Shown: positions 10,181-18,699 of the stretch, one piece after another | How positions within the stretch are numbered: the first letter of the stretch is position 1 | How the letters are laid out: every line of letters starts with the position of its first letter | NCBI GenBank assembly: GCA_937861125.1 | Contig: CALMAY010000037.1 | Coordinates: 260,941 to 324,940, forward strand | From: an uncultured bacterium | GTDB taxonomy: Bacteria > Patescibacteriota > Patescibacteriia > Magasanikbacterales > UBA922 | Direction: 5' to 3' | DNA: 64,000 nucleotides | Notes under the pieces: generated by a model | The model's input: the letters and a program-made list of their open reading frames with translations, nothing else | Told to the model about the DNA's origin: nothing | Databases searched by the model: none | Program-made: the position numbers and the translations under genes

Positions 10181-10503
10181 TCAGCTGTTCTGTGCACCAT
10201 AGGTAGCAAGACCGTACGCAACCGATGTGAACGGATCACCAATAACGATCTTGTTTGGATCGGAGAACACATCCCTGAGGCGGCGTTGAAACGCCAATAC
10301 ATGGGACGTACCACCAGTCACAAAGACGTTGGTAATCTCGTTGGGTGTTGTATTATTTATGTCGAGAAACTTTGTGAGTTCCCCAATGATGCCTTCGACG
10401 ATGGGAGAAGTGAGCGCATCGAACTCATCGCGAGTCAACGTTATGTTGATGTCGAGATCATCCTCGTCGAATCGAATACCAGATGGTTTTGGGGGGAAAA
10501 TTC
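10181..10503 (-). pseudogene. C-terminal remnant of an Hsp70/actin-fold ATPase (DnaK/YegD-like)
   Basis: Minus-strand frame reads IFPPKPSGIRFDEDDLDINITLTRDEFDALTSPIVEGI...NVFVTGGTSHVLAFQRRLRDVF...SVAYGLA, which resembles the last ~100 aa of Hsp70-like proteins. An in-frame TGA lies immediately upstream and there is no N-terminal ATPase half. Confidence 0.45.
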
Positions 10504-10820
10504 ACGACGTTTCTGGAAAGGATGGTATGGAAGTTATTAGTAAAATTATCAGTGGTTTCAGCCAGTATGTAAATAAAGATGGTCGAATGTATTTGCTTTT
10601 ATTTGATTTTTTGTTAGATAAGACGGTGCATCTGTGTAAGCAGAGCAAACTGGATGTTCAGATTGTGGCTTACTATAATAAGTATCTTAGAAAGGGTGGT
10701 GAAACTGAGAAGCGAAAAAAAGTGATTGAAGATTTATTTTTTGGTTATGTGTTTAGAGAGGACACAAAAGGATTGTATCATCGTGTGTATATATTGGAAA
10801 TCACAAATACTTTAGATTAA
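10494..10820 (+). pseudogene. C-terminal remnant of a HemK/PrmC-like methyltransferase
   Basis: GGKIHDVSGKDGMEVISKIISGFSQYVNKDGRMYLLL resembles the (G)GxDG...G-hydrophobic tail of N5-glutamine methylases. The SAM-binding N-terminal half is absent, and the upstream part of the ORF is antisense to the Hsp70-like remnant. Confidence 0.3.
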
Positions 10821-10973
10821 GTAGTGTTTGTGATATACTAAAAATAGTATACAAAAAATAGAGATTAGTAGAATGTAAAAATATATACCTCTATTTTTAA
10901 ATAGTATAGCTGATGTGTGGAGATTATACATCATATTGGGTTTAATTGTTGAGATGAGATATTTTTTAAAACT

Positions 10974-11423
10974 ATGAATATTTTACTTAAAGTCGCTGCT
11001 TTAATTAAAAATAAAGAAGGTCAAATATTACTGATCAAAGAGAAGTATACGGAGGTGCAGGGGTATAAATGGAATTTAGTTAAGGGGACATATGATATCT
11101 CGAGCGAGACGCTTCAAGAATGTGTAATTCGTGAGATATATGAAGAGGTCGGTTTAAAAGATATTAATAAGGTTACTCTTAGCTGGATATATCACTATGG
11201 TAAGCCAGAAAACCCTAAAATATTGTTTATTTTTGATGTAAAGTATTCTGGTAACGAACATGTCACGACTCAGTATAACAAAGAAGACGAAAATGTTTGT
11301 GAAGTCAAATGGTTTACACAAGAAGAGCTTCAGCTTTTAAAACAGGAAGATTGCATGGCGGAGTACGTATACACATCAATCAACAATTCAGGTGAGGATT
11401 TTATTGTGATGCGGCGGATATAG
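10974..11423 (+). CDS. NUDIX hydrolase
   Basis: Nudix box: GTYDISSETLQECVIREIYEEVGL (Ex7REx2EExG). Confidence 0.8.
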   Translation: MNILLKVAALIKNKEGQILLIKEKYTEVQGYKWNLVKGTYDISSETLQECVIREIYEEVGLKDINKVTLSWIYHYGKPENPKILFIFDVKYSGNEHVTTQYNKEDENVCEVKWFTQEELQLLKQEDCMAEYVYTSINNSGEDFIVMRRI

Positions 11424-11470
11424 TTTTTTAGGAGAGTTATGTATCTAGTTACGTTTTAGAATTGTATATG

Positions 11471-11508
11471 TAAAATACAAACCCCGCTCTTTTGCAAGGG
11501 CGGGGTTT
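11471..11508 (-). terminator. terminator hairpin at the 3' end of rnpB
   Basis: AAACCCCGC / GCGGGGTTT stem (11479-11508), followed on the minus strand by TGTATTTT. Confidence 0.55.
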
Positions 11509-12033
11509 GCTCATTATATAAGCCGAATTTTGTACTTCGACTCGCCCGCCATGGGCGGACTCGCTCAGTATAAATTCCCTTGCGAGATTTATCATGAGTG
11601 AGCGTAGCGAATCGAATGACAATCATTTCTCTGTTCACTGCATTACTGCGATGAATCAAACGTGCGAACTTTTCCAATCAATCACACATACATTCGCTTA
11701 AAGCACACTGTTGATATGTTGTATATCTTGAGCCTGCCCTGAGCGAACGCATGTGAGCCGAAGGGCTGCACTTTCTCCACGTAGGGTTTACCACGAACCA
11801 ATCTCACGATTGGTCGAGAATAGAAGTTTTTCTCCGCGGGACAAAAACACCCATTCACTTTTCACCTTTCACCGCGAATTGCTTCGCGACTTGTATTGTC
11901 TCTGTGGCACTTTCCCGCTTTGTACCTCACGGTACAAAAGGGTGGGTATTACCCACTGCGTATATCCCAAACAAGTTTGGAATAGAGCTCGGACTTTCCT
12001 CCCCGCCGAAGCAGGGCGATTGTCATAATGAAT
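11509..12033 (-). ncRNA. rnpB: RNase P RNA, bacterial type A, unusually long (~525 nt)
   Basis: The minus strand contains GGGGAGGAAAGTCCGAGCTC (CR-I), GGGAAAGTGCCACAGAGA, GGTGAAA, GGTAAACCC and ACAAAATTCGGCTTAT (CR-V). P1 can form between TCATTAT (12025-12031) and ATAATGA (11511-11517). Confidence 0.85.
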
Positions 12034-12053
12034 TGAGTGTTTGACCACTCATG

Positions 12054-12137
12054 TGCTCAGAAGGAGACTCGAACTCCTATACCCTTGCGGGTGCTACCAC
12101 CTCAAGGTAGTGCGTCTACCAATTTCGCCATCTGAGC
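12054..12137 (-). tRNA. tRNA-Leu (anticodon GAG)
   Basis: Hand-folded cloverleaf with acceptor GCTCAGA/TCTGAGC, anticodon arm CTACC-TTGAGGT-GGTAG, a long variable arm and T-loop GGAGTTCGAGTCTCC. No encoded CCA. Confidence 0.9.
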
Positions 12138-12185
12138 AATTGGTGCCGCATCACTATATCATAGTATTTCATCTTTTGCAAGAGA

Positions 12186-12214
12186 TTGACCGTGGGTTGG
12201 TTTTCAGGTACGAT
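12186..12214 (+). promoter_or_regulatory. candidate promoter of the glycan-synthesis operon
   Basis: TTGACC, a 17-nt spacer, then TACGAT, ending 27 nt upstream of the ATG at 12241. Confidence 0.3.
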
Positions 12215-12240
12215 AGGAGTACTTTTCTCTTCTTTTTTCT

Positions 12241-13650
12241 ATGAAACGTCTTGAGTTATTCCTCATGGTATTGCAGGTGCCACTTGATTTTGTACTTCTG
12301 TTGTGTGCGGCGATGTCTGCGTATGTTCTTCGTTTTCATCCGTCTGTGGTTGCGGTCAAACCAGTACTTTTTTCCCTTTCACTTGTTGATTTTCTCTCGA
12401 TTGCTGTTTTTGTTTGTGTAGCATGGATTGTTTTGTTTGCACTCAATGGACTGTATCGACCAACTGCTCGCCGGTTTGCTCAGGACGTGATTGGTATTTT
12501 TACTGCAACTGCCAGTGGGTTGGCGATGGTGGCTTTGTATCTCCTTTTTACTCAACAGCAGTTTGATTCTCGTTTTTTGTTGGTTGCGTCTTGGGTATTT
12601 GCTGTGTTGTATATTATTATTGGACGTCTGGTTGTTCGCGGAGTGAAGGGGCTGTGCTATCGTTCTGGGGTTGGATTACGTCGTGTAGCTGTGATTGGGA
12701 GTGGTTCCACCAAAGAGGCGATCTTGCATGAATTGACGGCGCAAAAACGTCTAGGATATTTGGTGGTTGCCTCGTATGGTTCCTTTACCGCTTCAATTGC
12801 ACAGGAACTTTCAGCACTTTCTATTGATGGTATTGTGTATGCCAATCCACGTAGTAATGAATCTGAGGCTTTGGCTGCCCTGGCATTTGCTAATGAACAC
12901 CATATTGCATTTAGCTATTCTGCAGATTTATTTGCGACGTTTACTGCTAACATGTCAGTGCATCCTCTTGCAGGTATACCGATTATAGAGGTGCGACGCG
13001 CTCGGATTGAAGGGTGGGGGAGGGTAGTAAAACGTGTGTTTGATATTATTGGAAGTGTTGTTGGGATTATTTTGACAAGTCCACTAATGCTTTTGTCAGC
13101 TATTATTATTTTGTTTGAAACAGGTCGTCCGGTGTTGTACAAAAATGAACGAGTAGGAACAGAAGGAAGACATTTTTTTACTCTCAAGTTTCGTTCTATG
13201 TATGTTCATCAATCCACGGGCGATGGATTTGGTGGTAAAGAAGCCGAAGAAAAAGAGCGTGAATTGATACAGCAAAATAGTATTAAACAGGGCCCTGTGT
13301 ACAAGATTGCCAATGATCCTCGAGTGACACGTTTCGGCGCCTTTATTCGTCGGTTTAGTATCGATGAATTGCCACAGTTCTTTAATGTATTGTTTGGAAG
13401 TATGAGTTTGGTGGGTCCTCGTCCACATCAGCCTCGCGAAGTGGCACAGTATCAGCCACATCATCGACGAGTGCTCTCAATCAAACCTGGTATTACAGGA
13501 TTGTCTCAGATTTCAGGTCGGAGCGATTTGTCCTTTGAGGATGAGGTTCGTCTCGATGTGCTGTATATGGAACGTTGGAGTTTGTGGCTTGATATTATCA
13601 TCTGTTTGAAGACTCCGTTTATTTTGTTTAAGAGAAGAAAAGCGCTGTGA
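12241..13650 (+). CDS. polyprenyl-phosphate sugar phosphotransferase (WbaP/exopolysaccharide initiating enzyme family)
   Basis: Multi-TM N-terminus. C-terminal bacterial sugar transferase domain: [50 protein letters not shown]. Confidence 0.88.
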   Translation: MKRLELFLMVLQVPLDFVLLLCAAMSAYVLRFHPSVVAVKPVLFSLSLVDFLSIAVFVCVAWIVLFALNGLYRPTARRFAQDVIGIFTATASGLAMVALYLLFTQQQFDSRFLLVASWVFAVLYIIIGRLVVRGVKGLCYRSGVGLRRVAVIGSGSTKEAILHELTAQKRLGYLVVASYGSFTASIAQELSALSIDGIVYANPRSNESEALAALAFANEHHIAFSYSADLFATFTANMSVHPLAGIPIIEVRRARIEGWGRVVKRVFDIIGSVVGIILTSPLMLLSAIIILFETGRPVLYKNERVGTEGRHFFTLKFRSMYVHQSTGDGFGGKEAEEKERELIQQNSIKQGPVYKIANDPRVTRFGAFIRRFSIDELPQFFNVLFGSMSLVGPRPHQPREVAQYQPHHRRVLSIKPGITGLSQISGRSDLSFEDEVRLDVLYMERWSLWLDIIICLKTPFILFKRRKAL

Positions 13651-14771
13651 AAATAGCTCTCGTCCATGATTACTTATCCCAAGACGGTGGTGCAGAACAG
13701 GTCCTGCGTGCATTTCACGAGGTATATCCTGATGCGCCTATTTTTGTTTTATTTCATGATCGGAATAAGATTACGGCGTTTGATAACACAGATGTGCGAG
13801 AATCTTTTTTTCGGTTTTTGCCATTTGGCAAAACGAAGTATCAGTGGTATTTACCTCTGATGCCGATCGCGACGGAACGACACAACCTTCATGAGTTTGA
13901 TGTGGTACTCAGTAGTACGAGTGCATTTGCCAAGGGTATCTTAACTCGTCCTGAGACATTACATATTTCGTATTGTCATACGCCAACGCGGTATTTATGG
14001 ACAGATACACATGAGTATATCGCTGATTTGAAATATAGCTGGTTTGTAAAAATGCTACTTCCAAGATTGATTCACAAGATGCGGCTCTGGGATAAGATGA
14101 GTGTGGATCGAGTGGACTATTTTATCGCCAACTCTCGCACTGTTGCGCAGCGCATTGCCAAGTATTATCGCAAAGAAAGTGATGTGATCTATCCGCCAGT
14201 TACGCTTCCTGCCTGGGTACCAAAAGAGACAACAGGAGATTACTTTATTTCAGGGGGTCGATTGGTGCCGTACAAACGATTTGATATTTTGGTGAGTGCC
14301 TTTAATCGCTCAGGATTACCATTGGTTATTTTTGGTGATGGACCTGAGCTCGAGCGACTCAAAGAGTCTGCACGAAGTAATATTACCTTTGTTGGACGTA
14401 TTAGTGATGAAGAAAAGTTTTTGTTGTTGCGCAATGCTCGTGCTTTTCTTCATCCACAGGTGGAAGATCTGGGGATTACTCCGCTTGAGTCTATGGCTGT
14501 TGGGACACCTGTGCTTGCCTACGGAGTAGGTGGTGTGACAGAGACGGTGATTCCGGGTGTGACAGGTGAGTTTTTTATGGAGCAATCATGGGAAGCGGTG
14601 TTTGACATGGTGCTCCAGTTTGATCCAAAGAAATATGATCCACAGGTGATTCGTGCTCGCGCGGAGCAGTTTGCAGTTGAACGATTCAAACAACGGATTG
14701 CACAGTATGTTACTGATCGATACGATGAGTTCAGTAGAGGATTGCAGCAATGCAAAATTGAACTGTGGTAG
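13647..14771 (+). CDS. glycosyltransferase family 4
   Basis: GTG start overlaps the upstream TGA (GTGA). GT4 C-terminal signature EDLGITPLESMAVGTPVLAYGVGGVTETVIPGVTGEF. Confidence 0.8.
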   Translation: MKIALVHDYLSQDGGAEQVLRAFHEVYPDAPIFVLFHDRNKITAFDNTDVRESFFRFLPFGKTKYQWYLPLMPIATERHNLHEFDVVLSSTSAFAKGILTRPETLHISYCHTPTRYLWTDTHEYIADLKYSWFVKMLLPRLIHKMRLWDKMSVDRVDYFIANSRTVAQRIAKYYRKESDVIYPPVTLPAWVPKETTGDYFISGGRLVPYKRFDILVSAFNRSGLPLVIFGDGPELERLKESARSNITFVGRISDEEKFLLLRNARAFLHPQVEDLGITPLESMAVGTPVLAYGVGGVTETVIPGVTGEFFMEQSWEAVFDMVLQFDPKKYDPQVIRARAEQFAVERFKQRIAQYVTDRYDEFSRGLQQCKIELW

Positions 14772-14772
14772 T

Positions 14773-15801
14773 ATGCGTATTCTCGTTGATGGACGCTGTT
14801 TTCAAACACCACATGCGACGGGTGTGTCTGCGTATGCATCTTCGGTGTTACATCGATTGTTTGCAGAACATACTGAACATGAGTACGTCGTGTGGTACAA
14901 CGGTATACAGACAGGCACACTTCCACAATGGGAATATCCCCATGTGAGTACGGTGGTAACACATTGGCCAAATAAACTGTTGCATGCAAGTCTGGTGGTA
15001 TTTAGACGTCCACATATTGATCGTTTGGTATCTCGTGTGGTCGGTGGTTCATTTGATAGATTTCTATCTCTCAATCTTCATGCTGTTTCTGTATCTGAAT
15101 CAGTAGAGCATGTGGTTACAATCCATGATCTATCGTTTGAGCATTTGCCAGAATGTTATACAATGTGGCAGCAAATTCGTCATGCACTTTTGCGTCCCAA
15201 ACAGCAATGTCAGCGGGCGGTGATGATCCAGACACCTTCGGCGTATACCAAAGATGATGTGGTTGCCACATATGGAATTGTACCTGACAAGATAGTGGTA
15301 GTCCCACCGACTGTGTTAAAGTGTGTAGATGCTGTACTTCCCTCAGACATGCCTCTATCGTATGTTCTGTGTATTGGTACAGTAGAGCCGAGGAAAAATA
15401 TAGAGACACTTATTGACGCGTTTGTGTGTTCAAAGATATATGAAACACACCACATCACACTTGTTGTGGTTGGATCAGAAGGGTGGAAATCTAGGAGACT
15501 GCGAAAGCAAATGGAACATACTCCTGGTATAGTGTATCGTGGATATGTGTCTGAAGCGGAAAAATGGGGACTGTATCGTCATGCAAAAGCGTGTGCATAC
15601 CCTTCACTGTATGAAGGGTATGGATTGCCTGTAGCCGAGGCATTGTCTGTGGGCACCCCTGTTATTACGAGTAATCGCACGTCATTGCTGGAGTTGTATG
15701 ATCCGCAGTTGGTGACGTTTGTAAATCCAGATAATGTGGCGGAGCTCACTGCAGCACTGCAACATGCGAGCACGACAACACGTGAGCACCTTACAGTTTG
15801 A
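14773..15801 (+). CDS. glycosyltransferase family 4
   Basis: ATG at 14773 (MRILVDGRCF) lies 2 nt after the upstream stop. YPSLYEGYGLPVAEALSVGTPVITSN is a GT1/GT4 motif. The ORF-track start at 14653 overlaps the previous gene and was not used. Confidence 0.75.
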   Translation: MRILVDGRCFQTPHATGVSAYASSVLHRLFAEHTEHEYVVWYNGIQTGTLPQWEYPHVSTVVTHWPNKLLHASLVVFRRPHIDRLVSRVVGGSFDRFLSLNLHAVSVSESVEHVVTIHDLSFEHLPECYTMWQQIRHALLRPKQQCQRAVMIQTPSAYTKDDVVATYGIVPDKIVVVPPTVLKCVDAVLPSDMPLSYVLCIGTVEPRKNIETLIDAFVCSKIYETHHITLVVVGSEGWKSRRLRKQMEHTPGIVYRGYVSEAEKWGLYRHAKACAYPSLYEGYGLPVAEALSVGTPVITSNRTSLLELYDPQLVTFVNPDNVAELTAALQHASTTTREHLTV

Positions 15802-15841
15802 TTTTGTACTCTATTCCATGTATATTGCATGGTAATTCCCT

Positions 15842-16972
15842 ATGTCTGAACTTGTCCAAGATTCAATTGATCTGCTCGAATCTCGTTTGAAAGAAATCGG
15901 AGCATTGTTGCGTTTGGAAGAAAAAAAAGAAAAGGTGATACAGCTGGAGCAGGCGATGAGCGCTCCTGATTTTTGGTCCAATCAGACGCAGGCAACTGCA
16001 GTGAGTAAACAACTCGGAGATATTAAGAATGAGATCGCCTCATATCAAGCACTTGAAAAACAGGTAGTTGATTTGCACGCCACTCTTCCGCTAGTTCAAG
16101 AAGATAGTTCTTTGTCTGTTGATTTCAATACGCAGTTGGATATGTGCCAAAAAGCGATTGATGAACTGGAGTTTTTGACACTCTTATCAGGTAAGTATGA
16201 TGAGCGTAGTGCAGTGGTATCTGTTTTTGCTGGGTCTGGTGGTACAGAGGCGCAGGATTGGGCGCAGATGATTCGTCGAATGCTCATGCGATATGCCGAA
16301 CACAAAGAGTATTCAGTGACAATGATCGAAGAGTCAGTAGGAATGGAGGCTGGTATCAAATCTGCGACATTTTCTGTCACAGGACGATATGCGTACGGAC
16401 ATCTCAAAAGTGAGCACGGGACGCATCGGTTGGTGCGTATTTCACCATTTGATGCTGACAAGATGCGACACACCTCGTTTTGTGGAGTAGAGGTGTTACC
16501 CGAGGCGGACAAGAGTATGATTGTCTCTATTGATCCAAAAGATATTGAGCTGGATACCTATCGTGCGGGCGGTGCAGGTGGACAAAATGTAAATAAAGTG
16601 GAAACAGCAGTGCGTATCACACACAAACCAAGTGGTATTGTGGTGACCTGTCAGACAGAGCGTAGTCAACATCAAAATCGTGAGACAGCATTGGCATTGT
16701 TGGCTGCAAAATTGGAAAAACTTCAAGAAGAAAAAGAAGAGCGAGAGCGTCTGCAGATGCGTGGCGAACATAAATCAGCTGAGTGGGGAAATCAAATCCG
16801 CTCGTATGTACTCCATCCATACAAAATGGTTAAAGATGTGCGGACACGCTACGAAGAGAGTGATCCAGACGCAGTGCTTGGTGGTGAGATTGATGGGTTT
16901 ATCGAGGCGTATCTGCGTTGGGACAAGGAAGGAAGACCAGATCGGAAAGGACAAGAACGTGATGAAGAATAA
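15842..16972 (+). CDS. prfB: peptide chain release factor 2 (uninterrupted ORF, no programmed frameshift)
   Basis: RF2-specific SPF motif (RISPFD) and the GGQ motif ([18 protein letters not shown]). 376 aa. Confidence 0.92.
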   Translation: MSELVQDSIDLLESRLKEIGALLRLEEKKEKVIQLEQAMSAPDFWSNQTQATAVSKQLGDIKNEIASYQALEKQVVDLHATLPLVQEDSSLSVDFNTQLDMCQKAIDELEFLTLLSGKYDERSAVVSVFAGSGGTEAQDWAQMIRRMLMRYAEHKEYSVTMIEESVGMEAGIKSATFSVTGRYAYGHLKSEHGTHRLVRISPFDADKMRHTSFCGVEVLPEADKSMIVSIDPKDIELDTYRAGGAGGQNVNKVETAVRITHKPSGIVVTCQTERSQHQNRETALALLAAKLEKLQEEKEERERLQMRGEHKSAEWGNQIRSYVLHPYKMVKDVRTRYEESDPDAVLGGEIDGFIEAYLRWDKEGRPDRKGQERDEE

Positions 16973-16976
16973 ACAT

Positions 16977-17849
16977 ATGGATTTCGATTATCATAATCTA
17001 TTCAAACCGAGTTATCTCGAAGCACTCTGTGCTGAGTATCGTTTGCGTCCATCCAAAGAGTATGGGCAGAACTATCTTCTCTCAGAAGTACCTATACAAG
17101 CGATGATTGAAGCTGCTCGTGTGCAAAAAAATGATACCATTGTCGAAGTCGGCCCAGGGTTTGGTGTATTGACGCTTGCGCTTGCACCCCAAGTACAAAA
17201 AGTGCTCGCATTTGAGATTGAAAAAAAGATTGAAGCGTATTGGGATGTTCGTCAAAAAGAATATCCAAATGTAGAGGTTGTCTGGGGTAATGTACTGCAT
17301 CAGATGCAAGGGAAGGCGAATATCGTGCCAAATACCTACAAGGTGATTGCCAATGTCCCATATCAAATTACATCACAAATATTTCGTTTGTTTCTTGAGG
17401 AAGTACCCGTTCGTCCAGCATGTATTGTGACGATGGTGCAAAAAGAAGTAGCGGAACGAATATGCGCCAAACGAGGGGATATGAGTTTGTTGGCAGTCTC
17501 TGTACAGTACTACGGTACACCAAAAATCGTGACCAAAGTCTCACGGGGTAATTTTTGGCCGATGCCAAAAGTTGATTCGGCTGTAATCGCTATTGAGGTA
17601 AACCAGAATCATACATCTACCAAAGAGCGGGATGATTGGTTTTTTGCTGTTGTACGAGCAGCATTCGCACATAAACGTAAGCAGGCATGGAGAAATATGA
17701 GTGAAGAATTGGGAATTGAAAAAGAAAAAGTTCAAGCCACGCTTAAAACCGTGGTTGATAATGAACAAGTGCGAGCACAGGATGTAGGAGTGGGGGAGTG
17801 GATAGAAATAGCGAAACAGTTGCAAGTTCATAAAGTAAAAAGTTCATAA
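16977..17849 (+). CDS. rsmA: 16S rRNA (adenine1518/1519-N6)-dimethyltransferase
   Basis: LRPSKEYGQNYL, VEVGPGFGVLT (SAM site) and ANVPYQITS motifs. ATG at 16977 lies just after the prfB stop; an ATG at 16962 is the alternative. Confidence 0.88.
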   Translation: MDFDYHNLFKPSYLEALCAEYRLRPSKEYGQNYLLSEVPIQAMIEAARVQKNDTIVEVGPGFGVLTLALAPQVQKVLAFEIEKKIEAYWDVRQKEYPNVEVVWGNVLHQMQGKANIVPNTYKVIANVPYQITSQIFRLFLEEVPVRPACIVTMVQKEVAERICAKRGDMSLLAVSVQYYGTPKIVTKVSRGNFWPMPKVDSAVIAIEVNQNHTSTKERDDWFFAVVRAAFAHKRKQAWRNMSEELGIEKEKVQATLKTVVDNEQVRAQDVGVGEWIEIAKQLQVHKVKSS

Positions 17850-17969
17850 AGAGCTTATATGGCAGGTGTACTTTATGAACTTTATAAACTTTCTACTTTA
17901 CAAACTCAGATAAGGTGTGGACAACTAGTGCGAGAGGCACCTTTTTTTGTTCTTTTCTTCTTATTTCTG

Positions 17970-17978
17970 TGGTATACT
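17970..17978 (+). promoter_or_regulatory. extended -10 element TGGTATACT upstream of the giant-protein operon
   Basis: TGnTATACT at 17970-17978, 56 nt upstream of the ATG at 18034. Confidence 0.3.
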
Positions 17979-18033
17979 ATGTCTATATAATGTTGTATGT
18001 TGTTCCGTGCATGTTATATATTCAAAAAGCGTT

Positions 18034-18690
18034 ATGCCTGAGCTAGAACAACGGCGTCTGACCTCTGAGCAAAAGACAGGATTTGTCTTGTTGCTTATTT
18101 TTGGTTTTCTCTCTATTGGACTTGGGTTTGTACAAATGAGACAGACAATTTATTCCTCACTGTATTTGAGCGCTCTCGAACAAGAAGAAGAGGGACAAGT
18201 CAAAACATTTTTTGATGAAGAGACAAAACTTCAGCAAATTGACACAGATCAAGATGGTATCAATGATTATGAAGAGCTGACGTTTCATGAGACAAGTCCG
18301 TATATCCCTGATACTGATTCTGATGGGTTTTCTGACAAGACTGAGATCGATCGTGGTACAGATCCTCTTTGTGCAGAAGGTGACGTGTGTCAGTCTGATG
18401 TAGTGGGTGGTACGAGTACTACTTCATCAGTTGATTCTCCTCTTTTATCTGAGGGAGGACCTTTGGATGTGTTGGCAACACAATTGGGTGAACAATCACA
18501 AAATCAAGTCACAAATGCTGCTGGGGTAGTGGATACACAACGTTTACTTACTGATGCTTCATATGCTCGTCAGATTTTGCTTAGTAGTGGTCAATTGACC
18601 GCAGAACAACTTCAGGAGATTGATGATACAACCCTCCTCCAAGCTGTCAAAGAGCTTGTAACTGAACAGTCAACTGAGCAAACACAATAA
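18034..18690 (+). CDS. membrane-anchored protein with thrombospondin-type-3-like Ca-binding repeats
   Basis: One TM (FVLLLIFGFLSIGLGFV), then DTDQDGINDYEE...DTDSDGFSDKTEIDRGTDPL acidic repeats. ATG at 18034 chosen inside the longer ORF. Confidence 0.6.
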   Translation: MPELEQRRLTSEQKTGFVLLLIFGFLSIGLGFVQMRQTIYSSLYLSALEQEEEGQVKTFFDEETKLQQIDTDQDGINDYEELTFHETSPYIPDTDSDGFSDKTEIDRGTDPLCAEGDVCQSDVVGGTSTTSSVDSPLLSEGGPLDVLATQLGEQSQNQVTNAAGVVDTQRLLTDASYARQILLSSGQLTAEQLQEIDDTTLLQAVKELVTEQSTEQTQ

Positions 18691-18699
18691 CTTTTTTGT

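Noticed and set aside
11456-12244. ORF-track entries 11456-11677 (-), 11753-12028 (+) and 12041-12244 (+).
   Set aside because: They lie inside RNase P RNA, tRNA-Leu or a promoter region, and the translations have no protein-like features.
15842-16972. Looked for the programmed +1 frameshift site (CTT TGA C) usual in prfB.
   Set aside because: The ORF is continuous from ATG to TAA at normal RF2 length. There is no in-frame TGA near codon 25, so the gene is simply a non-frameshifted prfB.
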